Of a stretch of 64,000 nucleotides of DNA, positions 19,701 through 26,862 are shown one piece after another. The notes below the pieces were generated by a model. It saw only the letters and a program-made list of their open reading frames with translations. It was not told the DNA's origin and made no database searches. The number at the start of each line of letters is the position of its first letter. Position 1 is the first letter of the stretch. This DNA is from a virus. The stretch lies in the IMG/VR virus record IMGVR_UViG_3300031857_000136; one strand, given 5' to 3'. The position numbers and the translations under genes were made by a program.

Positions 19701-22700
19701 CTGTTTGTTCTGAAGTTTAACCAGTCCATTAGGAGTTTCAAGTAGCACGGTTCCTACAGGAACTCTGAATGTTACAGTGCCCTGCTCTACAATAGCAATA
19801 TTACTACCTTCAGTAGGAAGAGTTGGTATAGTTATCAATTGTCTACCCTCTAACTCATCAGTAGTGATAAGGTTAGCATCTTGTACAGATGTTCTGGTGT
19901 CATAGATAATCTTACCATCAGCATCTGTTACATTCTCAACTCTTCCAAAGGAAGCTTCAATCTCATGACGCTCTGATAGATCTGGATTACCAATTACTGA
20001 GTTACGCCATTCCTTGTATTGTTTTGTAACAGCATCTCTAACTTCCTGAGGAGTGTCTTTACGGAACATGCTTTCGTTGTTAAACTCAGCACCCCATTTC
20101 AGGTCACCATCAGGGAACACTTGGAATATAGCAGACTCTAAAGGATTAGTTCCATCAGGAACAGGTTGTCCGTCCACTCCTACAAGTTGAATGTCACCAT
20201 TCTCATCCTCTTGAACCATAACAAGGGCAATGATTTCATCCTTGTTGATGTCCTCATCAATTAATCCTGCTTCATCCATTCTCAACATATCTGTGAGACC
20301 AGGAACTAGTTGATCCTCATTCTTAGATGTAACATATACACCACGAATGTTCTTTCTATTATCAAACCTGTTTAGGTTAAATCCAAATGTGTTAGCTCGT
20401 ATTTGATGAGGTTTACCTCTTACGATACCCATGGTACCTCTAGGAATAATCTCATCAGACTTCTTAGCTGTAGGTTCGTATTCTTTATTAAACTCTACTG
20501 TTTGAACACCTGTATCAGCTGTACCAAGAGCTTCAGTTAATAGTTGCTCATTCTCCATCATCTTATTTTCCTCAGCTTTCATAGCTTGATATGTATCAGC
20601 TACAGCTTGGAACTTATCTAAGATGAGTTTCTTAGCATCATATTCTTGTTGAATATCAAGGAAGTCTTTGTATAAATCATTGATCTGGTCACTTAGCTTA
20701 TCAACTCTATTCTTACTTACAGAAATCTCCTTCTTAGTATCTGCTAATAGCACATAGTCAGCAATGAAATTCTTAAGTGTAGGTATATCAGCTAATGCAC
20801 CTCCTTCATTAATAATCTTTTCAAATTGGTCTTTGATATAGCTAGGATAGTCTTTATCAAATTTCTCAAATGACTCTTTTAATAGTTTAGTAAACTCTAC
20901 AATAGAATCTTCAATCTTTTGAATAAGATTATTTAAGCTCTTAATATTATCTTGAGTTTTATTACGTAACTCCTCAATGATGTTAACTTGGTTCTTTAAC
21001 TCTTTTAAGAAGTCTCCAGAGTTTTCTGGAAGCTCATCTAAGTTTTGTTTAAAGTCTTCAAAGTAAGATAGATTAAATTCTAATTCATCTCTATCTGCAG
21101 TTAATTCAGCTATTTCTTTTTCAAGAACTTCTTTAGTTGCATTTAAACTAGAAATAGATCTTAATGCTCTAGATAAGAGTTTGTTGAAAGGGCGAACAAT
21201 AGTGTTACCTGATAGGTCTTTCTTTTCTAACCCTTTATACTCTTCTAGGTCTTCATTAATTTTTTCTAATTGCTCTTTCTTAGCAGCAAGTTTTTTCTCT
21301 ATCTTTTCTAATCTTTCAGAATACTCAGTAGCCAATTCTGTAATGATTGCTAAACGATTGTCTCTATTTTTAGCTAAGGTTTCTTTCTGAATAGCAATCT
21401 CTTCAGCAGATGTAAACTCCTCTCTAGCAATCCTTTGCTCTTCATTTTCTATCTCACCAACCTTTTTAATACGAGCCTCTGTATATCCTTCCTGAGCAAC
21501 AAAGAATTCATTCTTCAGTGCCTTTCTTTTAATCTTTCCTTTATTATCTTTGTATACAAAGAATAACTTACCCTTATCATATTCAAGTCTTCCTTGTTTT
21601 TTACCACCAAACTTCTCTCCAAAGTTGTATTCAAAGATTTCGTTTCTGTGGTTATAGAAGTATTTAGCTGTTTTATTAGCACGAACATCTGCCACCTTTC
21701 CAAGCTTATAGTCTTCAAGAACTTCTTTAGATACATCTCTAATCTGTCCTTTGTTATCTTTTATCTTGATGGTGCCATCTTCATTCTCACCAAGAATGGT
21801 GAGTTCAGAAACTTCTACAGGAACCTCTAAACCATCTTTATCATAGTCCACTTTTTTACCAACAAAGTATTCTGTACCAACCTCTAATTCTTTCTCACCA
21901 GTTTTGGTTTTCACCTTGATGGTTTCTCCTTTAGGAGTTTCAGTTTCTTCTATGTCAGTAGGAATAAACTCTTGGAACTTAACAGGTTCTTTCTTTATCT
22001 CATTGTATTCTTTCAAATAGCTGTCTCTACGAATAGCCATTTCAGCTACATCCTCAAGAGATTCAGCAATGTCTTCTTTCTGATCGTCAGTAAGATCTGT
22101 AATACTATTGATGTTGTCAATAGCATCATTGAAGCTATCTACATTACCATCAATGATATCTTTCATCACTTGATTGACATTAATACCAGCAGCAGTAAGT
22201 TTAGAAGTGAGGGCAGGTATACGTACATCATAGTCAGCCACTTTAGAAGCAGCATATACCATCTTGTCTATCACCTGTGGTGTATATAATAAATTACCAT
22301 TATCATCAACTTGTCCTCCATAACGTAAGTTAAGAGACTCATAAAGAGATAATGTGTTATTAGCTGTTTGTTCAAATTTACTAAGACGATCTAAGAATGC
22401 TGGTGCTGTATCTGTAGAAAGAGCTTTACCCTCAGCAACAAGCTGAGCAAAACCTTCTTCTGTACTAGCTAGAAATCTATAATCATTTATGTCAGCTTGT
22501 ACTAGATCAAATCTACCATATTTGATACGAGGAGACAAGTAGTTATTTACAAAGTCTGCCTCTCTATCTTTACTATTCAAAACATCACCTTTTCTTAAGA
22601 ATTGTTCTCTTTCCTGTTGTAGCACAGTGCCACGGTTTACAGAATCAATAGTTTCTCTTGTGAAGTCTGATAGTCTATACTTATTGAACTTTTGGATAGC

Positions 22701-24179
22701 GTCTGCTGTGTTTCTAGACTTCTCTCGTTGTTCTGCAAATGTACCTTTAGCTTGCATGATGGCTCCAGATAATCCACCAATCAATACATTCTCTATACCT
22801 TCATCTGTAGTTAGTGTTTCTATAAATCCCTCAGAAAGGCTATCAAGGAAGCTAGTAGGCTCATTGTTATCTTTCTTATTGTAATAATTCTGTACACCTT
22901 TACCAATAGCAAACTGAGCACCTTCTTCAAATGCTTCAGACGCAGAGAATGTATATGGTCTAATTTTATTAAGTGTACCAAGAATTTTATTAGCACGAGA
23001 AGGTTTAGCTATATACTTACCACCATCTTCAATAATATCTCTTGTTTCTCTTGCAAGACCATTCAATACAGATTTCTCCCCTTTGTATGTAGAGCCAAGT
23101 ATTTTTGGAAACTGAATATAGTTAGTAGCTGTTAATAAACCAACATTTAATAAGAAAGCAGAATTACCCACTTCTGAAGCTCTTACATTAATATCTTCTA
23201 ATGCTTGAGCATCAGGATATACACCATTGTTTGCAGCTACATACTCATCAATCAATTGATTTCTCTTTTCGTTAAGAGTTTGCAATGCTTCAAATGCAGC
23301 CTCACCAGTAGTAGAAAGACCAGCTACAACAGCTCTTCCTCCTGTATTCAATGCGTTATATGAAGTGATGAATCTGTCAGATAGAGATTTCACTTTACCA
23401 AATGTATCAGCCACCTTATTAGCAGAAGCAAGTCCTGCTTCTGTAGCAGCTAACACTTCAGCTTGTTTACCAATAGATACAAGACGAGAGATACCAGGAA
23501 GTGCACTGAGTGCTTTTATGCCAGCACTGTATACACCTCCTGAAAGAGCTGCACCAGCAGCAAAACCAAGATTCTTTATAATACCATTCCAAAGAAAGTT
23601 AGCAGTGAATAACTTATCTGGAGAATACCATCTAGCATTCTTCTCAACATCTGTGTAGTAGTTAGGAAGTAAGTTATTATCTAATTCTTTATTTAAGTTA
23701 TCTAATCCTCTATTTAAATCGTTATCATAGAATGAAGAGAAATTACCTGTAGATATCCAGTTACCTACACCGTTAACAAGACCCACTGTACCCTGTAAGA
23801 ATGTAGTGCCTGTAAGAGCAAGTCCTTTACCAACACTATTAACCATCTTCTCAGTCCAACCTTGTCCTTGAGCATATGCATCCTCATTATTGTAATCACC
23901 AGGTACAAATGCATTGAATCTAGGATTAGTAAGTTCTGATATAGAACGAGGAATAGAACCACCCTGTTGTCCTTTGTTAGATGCTCTAATAGAAGCATCT
24001 AATGCATCAAGTGCAGACACAGATGCATCACCACCAACACCTGGAGTGCTAAGTCCTCTAAATGGTATGTTAGGAAGAGGGTCTGGAATTCTAGTAGGTG
24101 TGTAATCACCAAACTGTTCTTCTAGAGCCATTCTATCAAGTAGAGGAAGTTCAGGAGAGTTTAATGGATTTTCTGCCAT
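10785..24179 (-). CDS. Giant 4464-aa protein. It is a candidate virion-packaged RNA polymerase / cargo fusion of crAss-like type.
   Basis: A single uninterrupted ORF. The motif GSDFDIDKLSVY (DFDID encoded at nt 14277..14291) resembles the universal RNAP beta-prime NADFDGD metal-binding loop. TVYHEVFHAVW at nt 18360..18374 is a zincin HExxH motif. Start and stop are coupled to the neighbouring gene through a TAATG overlap at 24179. Confidence 0.85.
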   Translation of the reverse strand: MAENPLNSPELPLLDRMALEEQFGDYTPTRIPDPLPNIPFRGLSTPGVGGDASVSALDALDASIRASNKGQQGGSIPRSISELTNPRFNAFVPGDYNNEDAYAQGQGWTEKMVNSVGKGLALTGTTFLQGTVGLVNGVGNWISTGNFSSFYDNDLNRGLDNLNKELDNNLLPNYYTDVEKNARWYSPDKLFTANFLWNGIIKNLGFAAGAALSGGVYSAGIKALSALPGISRLVSIGKQAEVLAATEAGLASANKVADTFGKVKSLSDRFITSYNALNTGGRAVVAGLSTTGEAAFEALQTLNEKRNQLIDEYVAANNGVYPDAQALEDINVRASEVGNSAFLLNVGLLTATNYIQFPKILGSTYKGEKSVLNGLARETRDIIEDGGKYIAKPSRANKILGTLNKIRPYTFSASEAFEEGAQFAIGKGVQNYYNKKDNNEPTSFLDSLSEGFIETLTTDEGIENVLIGGLSGAIMQAKGTFAEQREKSRNTADAIQKFNKYRLSDFTRETIDSVNRGTVLQQEREQFLRKGDVLNSKDREADFVNNYLSPRIKYGRFDLVQADINDYRFLASTEEGFAQLVAEGKALSTDTAPAFLDRLSKFEQTANNTLSLYESLNLRYGGQVDDNGNLLYTPQVIDKMVYAASKVADYDVRIPALTSKLTAAGINVNQVMKDIIDGNVDSFNDAIDNINSITDLTDDQKEDIAESLEDVAEMAIRRDSYLKEYNEIKKEPVKFQEFIPTDIEETETPKGETIKVKTKTGEKELEVGTEYFVGKKVDYDKDGLEVPVEVSELTILGENEDGTIKIKDNKGQIRDVSKEVLEDYKLGKVADVRANKTAKYFYNHRNEIFEYNFGEKFGGKKQGRLEYDKGKLFFVYKDNKGKIKRKALKNEFFVAQEGYTEARIKKVGEIENEEQRIAREEFTSAEEIAIQKETLAKNRDNRLAIITELATEYSERLEKIEKKLAAKKEQLEKINEDLEEYKGLEKKDLSGNTIVRPFNKLLSRALRSISSLNATKEVLEKEIAELTADRDELEFNLSYFEDFKQNLDELPENSGDFLKELKNQVNIIEELRNKTQDNIKSLNNLIQKIEDSIVEFTKLLKESFEKFDKDYPSYIKDQFEKIINEGGALADIPTLKNFIADYVLLADTKKEISVSKNRVDKLSDQINDLYKDFLDIQQEYDAKKLILDKFQAVADTYQAMKAEENKMMENEQLLTEALGTADTGVQTVEFNKEYEPTAKKSDEIIPRGTMGIVRGKPHQIRANTFGFNLNRFDNRKNIRGVYVTSKNEDQLVPGLTDMLRMDEAGLIDEDINKDEIIALVMVQEDENGDIQLVGVDGQPVPDGTNPLESAIFQVFPDGDLKWGAEFNNESMFRKDTPQEVRDAVTKQYKEWRNSVIGNPDLSERHEIEASFGRVENVTDADGKIIYDTRTSVQDANLITTDELEGRQLITIPTLPTEGSNIAIVEQGTVTFRVPVGTVLLETPNGLVKLQNKQHSTKEAETIYEAILQLAKNMLDPQVGIKDAKSERLLNWLKSTVYWGLPENQNKERKPAGYNSVFFEKDSETGKLMLTLSGKGKDFVFTPTALEENKDAIVLMLSNMYNNINNHFAKQLNEPYEEILSISESGEITSRIWKNYQSYLLSNQTPDGKVRSGEELPLSTTVRPTVNNEDINRTNIYFFTTDTADNFVIPVVEKKKVVAPKVLTPGAPTTAAVLQPDTSALAQAQGTARTEPITTATPVTYKLDGNTPQTYTSPEGKKIMFTASANTTAENANTEIKILKGGDLDEVVAKIKAAGKDPGEILKKTVFNAIAPTLNEMKAMEADLTVTIPDDVEEVVVADAESKMGKPISQSVMDAVNRKISGLDNEALRVVIEKELKAFVPENWSQVETWLKSNFPNVPVYRVKNIIQATNGRQAWGMFKDGAIYIYENAEVGTVYHEVFHAVWRMFSDPTEQKAVLDEMKSRSGKFYDRASMNDVSYSEATEDQLEEKLAEEFRDYVQFKKIPAKPSKGRPYILKLFADMVTAIKEFFLGPQSNSKVEKMFSQIGQGYYKSHVPFQNSLAFAKEGVIDIEDAFADSDAALSLKDINDKERSDIIQHMTYLTLVDLIKTDESLFNIEKRNKKQVYAKLKDQVLETISQKIRGAQSLVSDGEFTQEEVNPLISNTLQLMQNVEDQWSTITERHEEYLKSYAIEFDENDNINLKDENNSGRETYQDATKIDNFKKSNSAVKILLATIPEVDDNGKLVPSSIGGAKLLPVSKTYISMMNNLHTSASVEDMLGRLRQMAVSDPNYRTLYRRITKRDWKDGGVDLSKVDTQHALQLISSIWNTFKKQNPDVRNVFILENGEVVVGEANLSSAAQQLRSEYINSIVFKAKEGKGFFTYDNVEKVFKGDPAKLKGVNLNSVTAMVDFLNRMGIPFTVSDVNKMTPEQYKVFKAAVAGIKESISRTEKIATFSGKALGMSGRLLELGLVKSAVSNPEFSSTYFNVSGERTQSFIGTNAASDLSDFLSKLERFNKESVGGTRYSYLLTDSFAKGSNLLSRMFTDAGTRKKDTEDLFKIGYVSGLVNEEKGKRKESSKLTYKDRLVQELNLNLSGYYLNLVPGDASIEWMIKMGNAISTASVGRGMGDINAIFKEYFKAELELVRENRSVAKGRKSDEMRFFKGILGDTLHSDVLAAKGTPEEVYNNFENKINGKLADFIQKDMIKLKQSLTQYGILKEGMLGFDFENINLPKNIGEKEVDKQLMALTANYMIANIEMHKLLYSDPYQYEDELKRIKSFNSPRQAIINNSPKMNAALSNVWNRGFSAGDIGFTKFTQDYFRSATHADVIGIIDLPNYTSFKETDGSGIINMKANRQFRIRAGNWNSEEERQYRYDVAWEKRDKNLPLLKEEVAILAAGNPGIQSAYTPLKPIVSGSKLAKNGTASSYNDVVLDKFALYPLSYRIMKEIDKDANAIKLYDKMQREDIDYVVFTSGRKVGAESPHETYKDGAFNDDPYKGVINVPFSIMSIQAEVPSKEDNLVTRGSQITKLITLDFMEAGVPVDFFSGQPFANRYKAWYKLSDAEKVEKSELYKEIKNNQDILEALIEEGYKNTLDKLGIKETITKDKDGNIVSRKFEITDFSKAAQTLRDEILKREVNDNISDALAGFLQGKVVLEATPAYQQVRNIIYSIADKQFISPKISGGMKVQIPSTMLESGVRNVKDGLYESDVLDFYVKDGKRVAEVMLGRWFDSPLSDEELLEYLNTTEEGQKILAGVGYRIPTQKQNSVDVIVIKKFLPKEFGDSVVVPAALVQKVGSDFDIDKLSVYLKNVYIKDGKPRLIPYFGIGEEAVNKFKELFDKGEFLTDEEMKELDRYIAEEQLLLQDIAEESKGGKLMSAIFGKLFSEEELTQEFTKGIPSKDQIISRLYKKSLENEYIQSMENLITHPKNYDNLIKPNSAESLKKLSEEIAEKTVGQSFDYKNVDNMLDRTFMSRLRHAFVTGKYAIGIAAVNQTNHSLNQRQPIYIDKSRLSRVSEEDRFWLGNADIRFDKYNAIEVDGKMVPTLSMITNKAGEYISDIIGMFIDGYVDISKGPWIMELGATPNVASTWLFLIKAGVPVKTVAYFMNQPIIRDYLRNIESAGYSWLFMDTFVKDMSEVYQQDMTEAELQERLAAFRIPGETVLKNNVGKTTADMTNSEKMDQYLMLKEFLKYAKMGEQMFHVTQGSNYDTSSFNDPYLVFKKQMQQIKAQNTIISSVDTLLANSFIGKLAETVNSVRDAFAQIIKSDSPKVRSVIQKVLLPYVETSDRDFVKLAQKAVNDLFDWAVQTDQKLNEMVKDILVNDGGVGREVAMFVNEVKSKGREHPLYGNHVIDIIEGIPSIRAAAGGPNNAKLNMGENKVYDQNNVIYAFRELRDYLKGENNPLYERIKLLAVLQSGLSPSPISFTNLLPYEDFEDVYNKTLSKLEGMSNLEDFYKLGVFQRNNWNNDDVVPYLKAALITTGAGRMHYNPSMKFLPDAVKQAMATNDIPPILTRSKMNREANSDYIVYTWEKQEDVLTKEELDKAIADRNVYKAIAAKKAEMRRAADYSYINKALFKKVYDNYNTALEHTAYDGKKYFVYKAINAWGDSFRANEFWATDHKSVLENGFMKVEDVDNNVIISKFLDGSKVKTKPTPSGMITADVKTEYPGKPEFNKLPSKSAKQNMTYAGIGSRQTPPAVLKQMTEVARELERKGYTLNTGVTFRGNKEGADKAFDDGTNKKNLFSPENQGSRPREQAIAKEMHPNPNALSPGALKLMARNTNQVFGDNLNKPVDFVLFYAKETKGVRPEGGTGQAVEMARLKGIPTINMADANWREQLNNALSSTPTEVKGIAMTSPNVEKIKAGKKTTTTRSQREFENIGIPVGQSATVNFGGQNFTVTNRGLLSIQEAGGKEAMLKSEGYATVNDLLYQQTKDWMNGKGKLYVYDISPTTENDNLNFKKGPCK

Positions 24180-26776
24180 TATAAAGGATTTTTAGAATTG
24201 TTTTGTAATTTTTGTAATTCAGGTTTAGTTGCACTCTTTTTATTGTTGATCAGCTCATATATAGACGCATCAGTTAATCCCTGTAGTAAAGGAGCCACCT
24301 CACCTTCAGAAACCAATCTTGGGTAAGGAATATCTTCATAAAGTTTTTTTGTATTAGGATCATAAATATTCAATCTTAATGAATATGTTACACCACCATC
24401 TCCAGAAACAATGTTTCCGCTCATACCATAAGACTTTACATTAGAGAAAGTTGTAGGACCAAGAGCTGCATTAGATATAGTTGTTGGACCATTTTCAGGA
24501 CTAGTAGATAGGTATGGACTTCCTTCTGTACTGTACTTTCTCATTATATTTTGATAAGGACGGAAAGCTCGTACAGCTGGAGAAGCTTCAAATCTGTTTC
24601 CGAATACTGCAGTCTTTTGTTCAGGAGTCATTCTAAATGTAGTAGTACCTGCTGCTCCAGTTGCTGTCACCTCGTACATAGCAGGAGAAAACTCCGTACC
24701 TTCTACAACTTTTATAACACCTTGAGGATTTCCTGATTGAGCAATCTTTCTTAATATTTCTTTATCTAAATTAGGAGAGTTGGCTATTTTACCCTTTTGA
24801 GATTCAGCAAGGTTTGCCACTGATGTAAATATATTAGCAAGACTTTCTTGTTGTGCCTTGGTAGTAGTAGGGATAGTATATTCCATACCTTGGAACCCTG
24901 TCATTCTTCTCTTTATCTCATTACCTACCCACTCTTCTCTTTTTTTAAGAGTTTCTCCGTAAGGAATGTTAACTGTTTTTGCATAGTTTGCTAAGTTGTT
25001 AAGCAATACTCCATCAGCACTCGTCATATTTTTACCACCTTTTGTATAAGCATTATAAAGTACAAGTTCTTTTGGACTTAGCTCTTCTTTAGCTTTACTA
25101 TCTAACCACACTGATTCATAAACAGGACCTGCTGCACTAGTTCTTGTTTTACTTGTTGTTTGTCCTTGATAAGAATTAATCTTTGCATTGAAATCTACAA
25201 GCTCTCTTGGTGTGTACACATATGTGTTTCCTTTTCCATCACTATATGTTAGATTTTTAGCATCCTTTGGAATGTTTTTATAAACATTTCCATAAATTCT
25301 ATCAGCCTCAGTATTGATCTTACTCACCATTACTTCATTCTCTATAGCAGTGCTTCTTGCTCCTTCTGTTTTATTAAAGTGTTGTGCAATTAATGGGTCT
25401 ACACCATTAGGAGATTTTAACCATGCAACTCTTTGTTGATCAAGCCATGCTTTATCTTTTCCTTGAGACATTACAAAAGCAGCATCTTGTACATCAACTA
25501 GGCTTTTAATAGCGTTTGTTTGTGCTATCACTTTATCAATAGCAATTTTAGGAACATCGTTGGGATCAACAGAGGTTGGAAAACCACCATATCCTTGTAG
25601 TGCTAGTTCTTGCAATCTAATCTTCTCATCCTCTTTCTTCATAGTGTCTGTGTGGAATTTTTCTTTTTGTTCAAATTCCATTATGAACTTCTTCCACTCT
25701 TGAGCCTTATTCTCTCTCCATTGTTGTACTTGAACAAAAGGACTATCTAGATAGGTCTGAGAAGTTTCTGTATATGAAAAAGCTTTTGAGAAACCACTCA
25801 TAAAGTTAGTTGTAAATAATCTAGCTTTTGCAGACTCAACATCACCCTCCTCAAAAGTTTTTGAAACACTATTATATTCTTCTTGAATGTTTTTTAACAT
25901 TTTGTCAAGCTCTCCAATCTTCTGATCAATCTTTGTCTTTTCTACAGCAGAAGGAGTAGAAGATTTTGCATTCTCTAAGATGGTTTTTTGTTGAGCAAAC
26001 GCATCATATTTACTCTTGTAAGAAGCACTTACAGAGTTTGCAAATTCTTGATTATCAGTATTTGAATAATTGTATCTACCATCCACTGACATTTGTTCCC
26101 AATCATCAGGAGAAAGTCCTACAAGAAGAGCTTGTTGAATCTTCTCTGGAGAAATACCTTTACTCATTAAACGGGTCATTGCGTCTTTCATTACAAGATT
26201 ACCATTAGCATCAATGTCAAAAGCATCATCTCTGATGGAGCTATCTCCAGTGAGTGCTTTGATTAGCTCTGTGGCATTCTTTTTGTAATTAGTATATGGT
26301 TTGTAGGAAGCATCAAATCTTGAATCTAATTCAGTACTATTTAACCACTCATTAGCTTTAGTCTTAAACTCCCAAGTTCTTGAAGCTGAACCCTTTCCCT
26401 CTTTTACAAGAGCATTCATATCCTCAATACCCTTCCTATATGCTTTTGTAGAAGAAAGAGCATTTACAACATTAGGGTCTCTTACAATCTGACTAGCCAT
26501 CCCTCCTACAGAGTTGACAAGTTGGAAGTTGGAAAAATCACCAGCAGCTACACTTTTAAGGCTGCTTCCAAGTTGATTCAGTTTAGACTGCAAATATAAC
26601 TTATCCACATCTCTAATAACATCTAGTCCAGCAATGTTGTCTATGTTAGTTTGAATCTTTTGGAGACCCTCATCGTAACGCTTCTGTTTCTCCATGCCAA
26701 CCTGAACCATTGCCTCAATAGGCAATTGTTGTACGTAGGGATTAAATTTTGATATTTGGTCGGTAAATGATGCCAT
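24179..26776 (-). CDS. 865-aa large hypothetical virion protein. It contains the GDGGVTY motif shared with its downstream neighbours.
   Basis: ORF track. Its stop overlaps the start of the 4464-aa gene (TAATG). A promoter-like TACATTTG -7 box lies upstream. Confidence 0.8.
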   Translation of the reverse strand: MASFTDQISKFNPYVQQLPIEAMVQVGMEKQKRYDEGLQKIQTNIDNIAGLDVIRDVDKLYLQSKLNQLGSSLKSVAAGDFSNFQLVNSVGGMASQIVRDPNVVNALSSTKAYRKGIEDMNALVKEGKGSASRTWEFKTKANEWLNSTELDSRFDASYKPYTNYKKNATELIKALTGDSSIRDDAFDIDANGNLVMKDAMTRLMSKGISPEKIQQALLVGLSPDDWEQMSVDGRYNYSNTDNQEFANSVSASYKSKYDAFAQQKTILENAKSSTPSAVEKTKIDQKIGELDKMLKNIQEEYNSVSKTFEEGDVESAKARLFTTNFMSGFSKAFSYTETSQTYLDSPFVQVQQWRENKAQEWKKFIMEFEQKEKFHTDTMKKEDEKIRLQELALQGYGGFPTSVDPNDVPKIAIDKVIAQTNAIKSLVDVQDAAFVMSQGKDKAWLDQQRVAWLKSPNGVDPLIAQHFNKTEGARSTAIENEVMVSKINTEADRIYGNVYKNIPKDAKNLTYSDGKGNTYVYTPRELVDFNAKINSYQGQTTSKTRTSAAGPVYESVWLDSKAKEELSPKELVLYNAYTKGGKNMTSADGVLLNNLANYAKTVNIPYGETLKKREEWVGNEIKRRMTGFQGMEYTIPTTTKAQQESLANIFTSVANLAESQKGKIANSPNLDKEILRKIAQSGNPQGVIKVVEGTEFSPAMYEVTATGAAGTTTFRMTPEQKTAVFGNRFEASPAVRAFRPYQNIMRKYSTEGSPYLSTSPENGPTTISNAALGPTTFSNVKSYGMSGNIVSGDGGVTYSLRLNIYDPNTKKLYEDIPYPRLVSEGEVAPLLQGLTDASIYELINNKKSATKPELQKLQNNSKNPL

Positions 26777-26790
26777 GATATTTGGATTAG

Positions 26791-26822
26791 CAAATGTAAT
26801 TTAAATTATTATATATACCAAG
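26791..26822 (-). promoter_or_regulatory. Possible Bacteroidetes-type promoter for the 865-aa gene.
   Basis: On the minus strand TACATTTG (matching the TAnnTTTG -7 consensus) lies 11 nt upstream of the ATG. The -33 element is only TTGG, one mismatch to TTTG. Confidence 0.35.
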
Positions 26823-26862
26823 AGTTCTAATGATTTTTGTTAATCTGGTATAATTGAATTAG

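Noticed and set aside
11074-23998. About 20 short plus-strand ORFs (60-190 aa) scattered inside the 4464-aa gene, plus similar ones inside other giant genes.
   Set aside because: They are antisense to a continuous 13.4-kb ORF and have hydrophobic low-complexity compositions typical of the wrong strand of AT-rich coding DNA.
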